Assembly: GCA_964607485.1 (NCBI GenBank)
Contig: CAZSKP010000035.1
Location: 22,650-44,703 of the forward strand
Direction of reading: 5' to 3'
Origin: an uncultured bacterium
Lineage (GTDB): Bacteria; Abyssobacteria; SURF-5
DNA length: 22,054 nucleotides
Positions 1-7,043 of the stretch are shown here, one piece after another. Positions within the stretch are counted from its first letter, which is position 1. Every line of letters begins with the position of its first letter. The notes below the pieces were generated by a model. That model did no database searches. It saw only the letters and a list, made by a program, of their open reading frames with translations, and had not been told where the DNA came from. A program made the translations under genes and the position numbers.

Positions 1-1
1 T

Positions 2-280
2 CACGGGCTGCCTGATCATCTCCTGCGATGACATGACGATGATTTGAATCGAAGGATACAGGTGCCAAAACGGCTGAAGGGCCGTCTTATACGATTTGTC
101 CGGCGTCGATTCCTTGAGAATCTCCAAATCTGTGAAGATGAGGTCGTATCGCTTCCGGCGAAGCATATCGAGCGCGGCGTCGTTGTCGGACACCGCGTCA
201 ACCTTGTCTCGCTTGGCGAAGCATTCGCGAATTGTGCCACCGACCTCCGGCGTCTTCGATATTACGAGTACGGATTTCAT
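2..280 (-). CDS. N-terminal part (93 codons, runs off the window) of a response-regulator-like protein with an atypical receiver domain; probably a sigma-54-dependent (NtrC/Fis-family) activator
   Basis: Not in the ORF track. Manual translation from ATG 280 is open to the window edge: MKSVLVISKTPEVGGTIRECFAKRDKVDAVSDNDAALDMLRRKRYDLIFTDLEILKESTPDKSYKTALQPFWHLYPSIQIIVMSSQEMIRQPV. Receiver-like pattern (SVLVI...YDLIFTDL...IIVMS). Divergent from a sigma-54 promoter. The AAA+ domain is inferred, not visible. Confidence 0.75.
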   Translation of the reverse strand, partial: MKSVLVISKTPEVGGTIRECFAKRDKVDAVSDNDAALDMLRRKRYDLIFTDLEILKESTPDKSYKTALQPFWHLYPSIQIIVMSSQEMIRQPV

Positions 281-329
281 TCTATCCCCCACCCTATGCG
301 CGTGGTTTCTGCAAAAGCCTCCATAAAAA

Positions 330-516
330 TCGGAACTGATTGGTCCGACTTACCTAATTATACCCCATTTTTAGGGTTTTTGTGAGCTTTTTTTGCCCGA
401 AAGAAAGTTTTTTTGGACCCTTGAGCGGTCCGAATTTCGGAATCAGAAGTTCCTAAACAGTAGATATCGGAACTGTCAATTCCTAAAATATTTCGTCTTG
501 GAATCACGTTATCCCT
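330..516. promoter_or_regulatory. Four copies of an imperfect palindrome T(C/T)GGA-N9-TCCNW; putative activator binding sites (UAS)
   Basis: TCGGA-actgattgg-TCCGA (330-348), TCGGA-atcagaagt-TCCTA (437-455), TCGGA-actgtcaat-TCCTA (467-485), TTGGA-atcacgtta-TCCCT (498-516). The last three start 30 and 31 bp apart. Confidence 0.65.
357..362 (-). promoter_or_regulatory. Putative sigma-70 -10 box (TATAAT) for the divergent regulator
   Basis: ATTATA on + at 357-362, 77 bp upstream of ATG 280; the -35 match is weak. Confidence 0.4.
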
Positions 517-520
517 TTAG

Positions 521-533
521 TATCAATATGTTA
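521..533 (+). promoter_or_regulatory. IHF binding site
   Basis: TATCAATATGTTA exactly matches WATCAANNNNTTR and lies between the UAS-like repeats and the -24 element. Confidence 0.65.
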
Positions 534-539
534 TGAATT

Positions 540-554
540 TGGCACATTGTATGC
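540..554 (+). promoter_or_regulatory. Sigma-54 (RpoN) -24/-12 promoter
   Basis: TGGCACATTGTATGC: GG (541-542)-N10-GC (553-554), close to the TGGCAC-N5-TTGC consensus; about 50 bp upstream of the first operon ATG. Confidence 0.85.
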
Positions 555-603
555 CATCTTTTATAAAGATGGAGAATTACGCGAAGGAATTGAGAAAACG
601 CAC

Positions 604-867
604 ATGAGCGGCAGACCTACCGCGATACAGGGTGTGGTTATTCCGGTGGAATGGGACGGAAGAGGCAAGGTGCTTGCCGTCGCTATTTCCGCCCGGGACG
701 AATCGGAATACCGGGTCGAGAAATCCGGCAAAGGACTCAACCTTATGAGGCTCATTCACAGAGAAGTGAAGGTCACCGGCGAAGTGAAGGAGGAAAGCGG
801 AAAGAAGACAATCCGAGTGGAGGCGTACCGCCTGCAAAAGGTGCCGGACCAACAGTCAATTCACTAG
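604..867 (+). CDS. Small hypothetical protein (87 aa), beta-strand-rich, possibly OB-fold-like
   Basis: ORF 547..867 re-started at ATG 604 because TTG 547 lies inside the sigma-54 promoter. IQGVVIPVEWDGRGKVLAVAI...EVKVTGEV...IRVEAY has alternating beta-strand patterning. First gene of the operon. Confidence 0.75.
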   Translation: MSGRPTAIQGVVIPVEWDGRGKVLAVAISARDESEYRVEKSGKGLNLMRLIHREVKVTGEVKEESGKKTIRVEAYRLQKVPDQQSIH

Positions 868-896
868 GTCAAACTTGGGAGAGGATCCAGACAAGG

Positions 897-2213
897 ATGA
901 AGAAGGAATTAATCAACGCCGAAGAAGTTGAGCCTCCGGGTAGTAGCATCACATCGGTTTCATTGCAGGAGACAGTACCCGATGAACCGACAAATTCTCT
1001 GCGACAGCCTGCGCCGAAGCAACGCGGACGGGTGTCTTTCCGAACCGCACAACGTTTTAGGCGAGCAAGAAGAGGCGCACGAACCGTACAGTTTTGGAGA
1101 CGTTTTTTCACTGAGATAACAGACGCCGAGTGGGACGATTGGCGGTGGCAATTGGGCCACCGCATATGTAACCTAAAAGCGCTCGAACAGATCATCAGGC
1201 TTTCCGAGGACGAGCGAGCCGCCATCACCCGCTACAAGGGTTCGCTGCCGGTCGCCGTCACTCCGTACTATGCCAGCCTGCTCGATGCCGGCGATGCTTC
1301 TCAGCCTTTGCGACGCGCCGTGATTCCGGTGACCGATGAACACCTGCATTCGCCCGGTGAATTACGTGACCCGCTTGCAGAGGACGAAGACACCGCCGTG
1401 CCGGGGCTGGTGCACCGGTATCCCGACCGGGCGCTTTTCCTCGTCACCGACTACTGCTCGACCTACTGCCGCTATTGCACGCGCTCGCGGATGGTCGGGA
1501 GGCGGAACGGACACCGCTTCGGTCCGGAACAGTGGAACCGAGCCATCGCGCACATCGAGACGACGCCCGCTATCCGTGACGTGCTCTTGTCCGGCGGCGA
1601 CCCGTTGACCCTCCCCGACGAAAAACTGGAATGGTTGCTGTCGCGGCTTCGCCGGATTCCGCACGTCGAGATGTTGCGGATCGGGACGAAGGCGCCCGTG
1701 GTGTTGCCGCAACGCATCACTCCGGCGCTCACCAGGATGCTGAAGCGCTATCATCCCCTGTGGATGAGCATTCACTTCACGCATCCCGATGAGCTGACGC
1801 CCGAGGTCGCGCAGGCGTGCGAGCGCCTGGCCGACGCGGGCCTGCCGCTGGGCAGCCAGACCGTTCTGCTGAGCGGAATCAACGATGACGTGGAAACCAT
1901 GAAGCGATTGTTCCACGGCCTGCTTCGCATGCGGGTCAGGCCATACTATCTCTACCAGTGCGACCCGATACTGGGCTCGGCGCATTTCAGGACTCCCGTT
2001 TCAAAGGGCCTGGAGATTATCCAGGGCCTGCGGGGTCACACGACCGGATATGCGGTGCCGCACTACGTCATCGACGCGCCCGGGGGCGGCGGCAAAATCC
2101 CGCTGCTCCCCGAAATGGTTGTCGGCCGCGACGGCGACGACCTGCTGTTGAGGAACTACGAGGGGCATATCTATCGTTATCCCGACGGCGGGGGCGAGAC
2201 GAGGAACAGTTGA
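897..2213 (+). CDS. kamA: KamA-family radical SAM/PLP enzyme (lysine 2,3-aminomutase-like), 438 aa
   Basis: WDDWRWQL, GLVHRYPDRALF, CxxxCxxC (CSTYCRYCTR), LLSGGDPL, IHFTHPDE, SQTVLL, PYYLYQCD, YVIDAPGGGGKIP (PLP lysine). Start moved to ATG 897, downstream of the previous gene and purine-rich RBS-like sequence. Confidence 0.93.
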   Translation: MKKELINAEEVEPPGSSITSVSLQETVPDEPTNSLRQPAPKQRGRVSFRTAQRFRRARRGARTVQFWRRFFTEITDAEWDDWRWQLGHRICNLKALEQIIRLSEDERAAITRYKGSLPVAVTPYYASLLDAGDASQPLRRAVIPVTDEHLHSPGELRDPLAEDEDTAVPGLVHRYPDRALFLVTDYCSTYCRYCTRSRMVGRRNGHRFGPEQWNRAIAHIETTPAIRDVLLSGGDPLTLPDEKLEWLLSRLRRIPHVEMLRIGTKAPVVLPQRITPALTRMLKRYHPLWMSIHFTHPDELTPEVAQACERLADAGLPLGSQTVLLSGINDDVETMKRLFHGLLRMRVRPYYLYQCDPILGSAHFRTPVSKGLEIIQGLRGHTTGYAVPHYVIDAPGGGGKIPLLPEMVVGRDGDDLLLRNYEGHIYRYPDGGGETRNS

Positions 2214-2238
2214 AATGCAGCGTGACGCTGAAAATAAA

Positions 2239-3303
2239 ATGAAGATAGGGCTGACCTACGACCTGCGTCAGGACTACCTCGACGAAGGGTACGGCGAAGA
2301 AGAAACGGCTGAGTTCGACCGGCCGGATACAATCGAGGCAATCGAACGCGCCCTGCACGAATTGGGTTTCGATACCGACCGAATAGGAAACGTTCGGAGC
2401 CTGACGCGCCGCATTGCGGCGGGCGACAGATGGGACATGGTGTTCAACATCGCCGAAGGCGTCAGGGGCTTCGGAAGAGAGGCGCAGGTGCCCGCGCTGC
2501 TCGAGGCGCACGACATCCCCTACACCTTCTCCGACCCGCTTGTCCTGTCACTCACGCTCCACAAGGGCATGACCAAGCGCGTCATCCGCGACCTCGGTAT
2601 TCTCACGCCGGATTTTCGTGTCGTGGAGACCGAACTCGACGCGGCGAGAATCGACCTCCCCTTCCCCCTCTTCGCCAAGCCGGTGGCCGAGGGGACCGGA
2701 AAGGGAATCACCGCGCGCTCGAAAATCACGGACAAGAGCCAACTGGTCTCGGTGTGCAGAACGCTCTTGGAGCAATTCAGGCAACCGGTCCTTGTCGAAA
2801 CGTTCCTGCCGGGCCGCGAGCTCACCGTGGGGATTCTCGGCACCGGAGCCGAGGCCGCCGCGATAGGCGCGATGGAGGTCATGCTCCGCGACGATGCCGA
2901 ACCCGACGTCTACTCTTACTGGAACAAGGAAAACTGGAGACAGTTCGTGGAATATCGTCTGGTGGATGACGCAATGGGAGAACGGGCGAAAGCGGTCGCT
3001 CTGGCTGCATGGAGGGGACTAGGCTGCAGGGACGGCGGACGCGTCGATTTGCGGGCCGACATGTATGGCATGCCGAACTTCATGGAAGTCAATCCGCTCG
3101 CCGGGCTTCACCCCGAGCACTCCGACCTCTGCATCATCGCCACCAAGGTCGGCATGAGGTACAGCGAACTCATCGAGGCCATAGCCCTGTCTGCCCTCGA
3201 CCGGTATTCGATAGCGAGAACAACACATGAGCGAACCGATTATAGGCATCCTTCACAACGAACCGGCCCCGCCGGGACACGCCTTCTCGGAAGCGTCTCT
3301 TGA
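2239..3303 (+). CDS. D-Ala-D-Ala-ligase-family ATP-grasp ligase (paralog 1)
   Basis: VFNIAEG, IPYTFSD, LHKGMTK, FPLFAKPVAEGTGKGI, VETFLPGRELTVG, GRVDLR, MEVNPLAGL. Lacks the Ddl N-terminal GGxSxE motif. Alternative ATG at 2215. Confidence 0.88.
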   Translation: MKIGLTYDLRQDYLDEGYGEEETAEFDRPDTIEAIERALHELGFDTDRIGNVRSLTRRIAAGDRWDMVFNIAEGVRGFGREAQVPALLEAHDIPYTFSDPLVLSLTLHKGMTKRVIRDLGILTPDFRVVETELDAARIDLPFPLFAKPVAEGTGKGITARSKITDKSQLVSVCRTLLEQFRQPVLVETFLPGRELTVGILGTGAEAAAIGAMEVMLRDDAEPDVYSYWNKENWRQFVEYRLVDDAMGERAKAVALAAWRGLGCRDGGRVDLRADMYGMPNFMEVNPLAGLHPEHSDLCIIATKVGMRYSELIEAIALSALDRYSIARTTHERTDYRHPSQRTGPAGTRLLGSVS

Positions 3304-4264
3304 TGTTCTCACACAAGCGGAAGCCATCGAAACAGCCCTCAAAGAGATGGGATACCCTTCGACTCGAATCCCCTTTACGAGGGACCTGAGCGCCTTCCTT
3401 CAAAGGATGGCGGGTGAAAAGGTGGAGATGGCGTTCAATCTGTGCGAGACCGTGGACGAGAACCCGCAACTTGCGGGACACCCGGCCGCCGTGCTGGAGC
3501 TGATGGGGATTCCCTTTTCGGGTTCGCCGTCGCCGGCCATCACGCTCACGACGGATAAGCTCATGACGAAGCGTCTCCTGAAAGCGAAAGGGATAGGAAG
3601 CCCGAACTACCTCGTCTACAACGGAACCGCCGCCTTCCACGCGGAGGCGCTGACGTTTCCCGTCATCGTCAAGCCGAGGTTTCAGGACGCCAGCATCGGC
3701 ATCGACCAGGAATCGGTCTTCAGCAGCGTCAAAGAGCTCCACGCGAAAGTCGGCAAGCTGTTTGACCGTTTCGGGACGCTGCTGGTCGAGGAATACATAG
3801 CCGGCAGAGAGTTCAATATCTCGCTGCTGGGGCATCCCTCGCCGAAGGCGCTTCCCGTTGCGGAGATCGATTTCTCCGGTTTTCCCGAGGGCCTTTTCCC
3901 GATAGTCGGATACAAGGCCAAATGGGACACGTCGTCCCCCGAGTACCGGCACACCGCCCGCCGGTTTCCGGAGGACCTGCCCGATGCGCTGCGAAGGGGT
4001 TTGGAACAGACGGCGCTCGAGTGTTTCCGTCTGTTCATGCTCAGGGACTATGGTCGGGTTGACGTTCGCGTCGACCAGGCCGGGCAGATTCACGTGTTGG
4101 AAATCAACGCAAACCCATGCCTGAGTCCCGACGCAGGGTTTGCGGCGGCCGCTGAACGCGCAGGCATAAACTATTCCAAGATGGTTGGGCATTTTCTGGA
4201 TTTCATTATCCAAAGGTCACACGAACATGATTATCAGACCCATCGTTTATCAGGACAGAGATAA
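3227..4264 (+). CDS. D-Ala-D-Ala-ligase-family ATP-grasp ligase (paralog 2)
   Basis: AFNLCE, IPFSGS, TDKLMTK, FPVIVKPRFQDASIGI, VEEYIAGREFNI, YKAKW, RDYGRVDVR, LEINANPCLS. Confidence 0.9.
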   Translation: MSEPIIGILHNEPAPPGHAFSEASLDVLTQAEAIETALKEMGYPSTRIPFTRDLSAFLQRMAGEKVEMAFNLCETVDENPQLAGHPAAVLELMGIPFSGSPSPAITLTTDKLMTKRLLKAKGIGSPNYLVYNGTAAFHAEALTFPVIVKPRFQDASIGIDQESVFSSVKELHAKVGKLFDRFGTLLVEEYIAGREFNISLLGHPSPKALPVAEIDFSGFPEGLFPIVGYKAKWDTSSPEYRHTARRFPEDLPDALRRGLEQTALECFRLFMLRDYGRVDVRVDQAGQIHVLEINANPCLSPDAGFAAAAERAGINYSKMVGHFLDFIIQRSHEHDYQTHRLSGQR

Positions 4265-4799
4265 GATACTGCGCCTGCTGAGGCAGAGAGGCACCTTCGG
4301 CGAGGCCGAGATTGGTGTCGCCATGGAGGTCGTGGACGAGGCGCTTCAGCGCCCCGAAAGGAGAGATTACAGGATCTATTGCGCCTGTCCCGGTCCCGAG
4401 GAGCTCGCCGGATACGTTTGTTTCGGTGTCATCCCGATGACAAGCGATTGCTACGACCTGTACTGGATCGCAGTGGATGAGAAGTTTGCGGGAACAGGGG
4501 TTGGCGCGGCACTTCTCTCGTTCATGGAAGAGTCGGCCGCGAACGAACACGTCAGGAGAATCTATATCGACACCTCATCGACGCCTGCTTACGAGGCAGC
4601 TCGTTCGTTCTACAAGAAACATCACTATGATGTCGTATGCGTGATGAACGATTTCTATCGCCCGGGCGACCACAAGCTGATATTCATGAAAGAGGTACGC
4701 AGCGTCGTCGCGCCCGGCGTCGGAAGCGTCTATGCAGGGGAGATGCCGCGCGACGAGCAGGGATGCGATTTCCATGTTTCGCATACGCAGAATTTATGA
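4227..4799 (+). CDS. GNAT family N-acetyltransferase (190 aa)
   Basis: YDLYWIAVDEKFAGTGVGAALL (acetyl-CoA motif A) and DTSSTPAYEAARSFYKKHHY. ATG 4227 chosen because MIIRP is a typical GNAT start. Confidence 0.88.
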   Translation: MIIRPIVYQDRDKILRLLRQRGTFGEAEIGVAMEVVDEALQRPERRDYRIYCACPGPEELAGYVCFGVIPMTSDCYDLYWIAVDEKFAGTGVGAALLSFMEESAANEHVRRIYIDTSSTPAYEAARSFYKKHHYDVVCVMNDFYRPGDHKLIFMKEVRSVVAPGVGSVYAGEMPRDEQGCDFHVSHTQNL

Positions 4800-6513
4800 C
4801 GACGGCGTGCCCGTCAACAAAGCGGCAATCGAGGAAGTCCAGAACATCCTCCGGACACAATTCAGCGCTCTGTCCGAAGAGGAAATTACAACGCTTCCCG
4901 AACGACTGCGAAACCCGCTGAAATACCGCTTCCGCTCTGTTCTCTTTGTCGCCGACGACCAACAGGGGCATGTCAAAGGGTTTGCCCACCTGTTCCACGC
5001 GCCCGACCTGAATTTCTGCTATCTCGATTTCATTTCCACGGCCCGGCACAGGATAGGCGGCGGCATCGGCGGCGCACTGTACGGCAGGGTTCGCGAGCAC
5101 GCGCGTTCGCTGAACGCGACGGGCCTGTTCTTTGAATGTCTGCCGGACGACCCGAAGCTGTGCAAGGATCCGAATGTCCTGAGACAGAACGCCGCCCGGC
5201 TGCGATTCTATGAACGTTACGGCGCCCGACCCATCGCCGGCACCGCCTACGAAACCCCGGTGAAGCCCGGCGACGACTGCCCGCCGTACCTTGTGTATGA
5301 CGACCTGGAACGGAACACGAAACTGCGGCGCGACGCGGCCCGCTCCATCGTCAAGGCAATTCTGGAGAGGAAGTACGGAGATTTATGCCCGCGCGAATAC
5401 GTGGACATGGTCGTGGCCTCATTCAAAGACGACCCGGTAGCTCTGCGGGCACCACGATACCGCAAGAGCAAGCCTCTGCGCGAGACGACCCGGCTACGAT
5501 GGGTCGAACGACGTATCGCTCTCGTTGTTAACGACAAGCACGAGATTCATCATGTGCATGAGCGGGGTTACGTCGAGTCGCCCGTCAGGATAGGCTCGAT
5601 ACTCAGAGAAATCCAGCCGACCGACATGTTTGAAAAAATGGAGCCCCGGCGTTTCGCCGAAAAACACATTACGGCCGTGCACGACGCCCGGTTCGTCGAT
5701 TATCTGCAGAAGGTGTGCGCAAATGTCGAGCCCGGAAGGTCCGTCTATCCCTACGTGTTCCCCATTCGTAATGCGGCGCGTCCTCCGAAGGAGCTGCCCA
5801 TTCGCGCGGGGTACTATTGCATCGATACGTTCACCCCTCTGAATCAAAATGCCTATCTTGCGGCCAGAAGAGCCGTTGACTGCGCGTTGACTTCCGCCCA
5901 GGCCATCCTCGACGGCTATCGTTTCGCGTACGCCCTCGTCCGTCCGCCCGGGCATCATGCCGAGCGTCATTCGTTTGGGGGATTCTGCTATTTCAACTCG
6001 TCGGCGATCGCCGCGCACTATCTCAGCGCCCATGGGAAAGTCGCCGTCATCGACATAGACTATCATCACGGAAACGGAACGCAGAACATCTTCTATGAAC
6101 GTTCCGACGTGCTGACAATTTCCGTCCACGGGCACCCCCGCCTGGCCTATCCCTACTTCAGCGGGTTCGAAGACGAGACGGGAGGCGGCCCGGGTGAAGG
6201 TTTCAACGTAAATGTTCCCCTTCCCGAGCATGTCAACGGAGAACGCCATCGGGAGGTGCTCGGCAGGGTTCTGAGGCGGCTGAGAGGCTTTCAGCCGACA
6301 TTCGTCGTCATCGCGTTTGGTTTGGACACCGCGAAGGCCGACCCGACGGGCTCGTGGGATTTGAGCGCGAAAGATTTCGAAGCAAACGGGAGGATAATCG
6401 GAGGACTGGGATGTCCGCTGCTCATCGTCCAGGAGGGTGGATACAGAACCCGATCGCTCGGGGTAAATGCGCGGCACTTCTTCCAAGGATTATTGGCGGG
6501 TTCTCAATTGTAA
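4774..6513 (+). CDS. Fusion of an N-terminal GNAT-like domain and a C-terminal Zn-dependent histone-deacetylase-family (acetylpolyamine amidohydrolase-like) domain, 579 aa
   Basis: N-terminal: YLDFIST, RIGGGIGGALY, RLRFYERYGA. C-terminal: ESPVRI, RPPGHHA, GGFCYFN, DIDYHHGNGTQ, SVHG, GLDTAKADP, QEGGY. Confidence 0.9.
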   Translation: MFRIRRIYDDGVPVNKAAIEEVQNILRTQFSALSEEEITTLPERLRNPLKYRFRSVLFVADDQQGHVKGFAHLFHAPDLNFCYLDFISTARHRIGGGIGGALYGRVREHARSLNATGLFFECLPDDPKLCKDPNVLRQNAARLRFYERYGARPIAGTAYETPVKPGDDCPPYLVYDDLERNTKLRRDAARSIVKAILERKYGDLCPREYVDMVVASFKDDPVALRAPRYRKSKPLRETTRLRWVERRIALVVNDKHEIHHVHERGYVESPVRIGSILREIQPTDMFEKMEPRRFAEKHITAVHDARFVDYLQKVCANVEPGRSVYPYVFPIRNAARPPKELPIRAGYYCIDTFTPLNQNAYLAARRAVDCALTSAQAILDGYRFAYALVRPPGHHAERHSFGGFCYFNSSAIAAHYLSAHGKVAVIDIDYHHGNGTQNIFYERSDVLTISVHGHPRLAYPYFSGFEDETGGGPGEGFNVNVPLPEHVNGERHREVLGRVLRRLRGFQPTFVVIAFGLDTAKADPTGSWDLSAKDFEANGRIIGGLGCPLLIVQEGGYRTRSLGVNARHFFQGLLAGSQL

Positions 6514-6531
6514 GGAAGGGTTTTGTGGCTC

Positions 6532-6593
6532 TGGGGACTGTCCCGGATTTACGGGCCGCGTCTTATGCGGCCGTAGAATCGGGACTGTCCCCA
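6532..6593. repeat. 62-bp REP-like palindrome
   Basis: TGGGGACTGTCCCG...CGGGACTGTCCCCA (13/14 inverted match) with inner arms GATTTACGG/CCGTAGAATC and GCCGC/GCGGC; begins 19 bp after the HDAC stop. Confidence 0.7.
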
Positions 6594-6644
6594 TCGTGGG
6601 CCAAGTATGAGACAGATAATCTGAATGGTTTTTGTGAGGATGCC

Positions 6645-6854
6645 ATGAAAGACAAGACCATAATATGCGTTCAATGTCAATCCCCATTCATATTCGGCGT
6701 CGCCGAACAGGAACGGTTCCTCGCCCGGGGGTTCGACGCTCCCAAACGCTGCCCTGAGTGTCGCGAACGCAAATCCAGAACGCCCGAAACGAACAAGAGA
6801 TGGAAGGAAAAAGGGAGACACAGGCACGGTTCGAGAAAGGCGGCGTTCGAATAG
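6645..6854 (+). CDS. Small zinc-ribbon protein (zf-trcl-like), 69 aa
   Basis: MKDKTIICVQC...F...EQERF...GF..PKRCPECR, the CxxC-x-PKRCxxCR signature; GAGGA RBS before ATG 6645; basic tail. Confidence 0.85.
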   Translation: MKDKTIICVQCQSPFIFGVAEQERFLARGFDAPKRCPECRERKSRTPETNKRWKEKGRHRHGSRKAAFE

Positions 6855-7043
6855 CCTGCTCTGCCGGCATATGCCACGCGAGTATCGGCGGACCCAACAC
6901 CACCTCCAGCACCCCACGTTTCCCTGAAGAGCTGAGGACCGGCGGGCGTCCAACAGGGGCAACGCTCATTCCGGCAACTGACATGAAAACGCAAGAATTG
7001 TTTCTTCGATGAGCAAAAAGTAGGTGCGAGAAGGATTACGTCG

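Noticed and set aside
44-385. 113-aa + strand ORF (and 96..326)
   Set aside because: Antisense shadow of the receiver-domain gene on - (2..280) and overlaps regulatory sites.
547-896. ORF-track starts at 547 (small protein) and 651 (KamA)
   Set aside because: 547 lies within the sigma-54 promoter, and 651 overlaps the upstream gene by over 200 bp; ATG 604 and ATG 897 fit better.
897-4799. Reading the cluster as epmB, lysine fermentation, plain ablAB, or a van/ddl cell-wall locus
   Set aside because: No epmA/efp, kamDE, vanHX or mur genes in the window; the ligases lack the Ddl N-terminal motif; ablAB does not explain two ligases and a deacetylase.
6855-7043. Possible ncRNA, second sigma-54 site (GG-N10-GC near 6866), or frameshifted MFS N-terminus from ATG 6983
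   Set aside because: No recognisable RNA family, poor match outside GG/GC, and GTG 7044 has its own good RBS.
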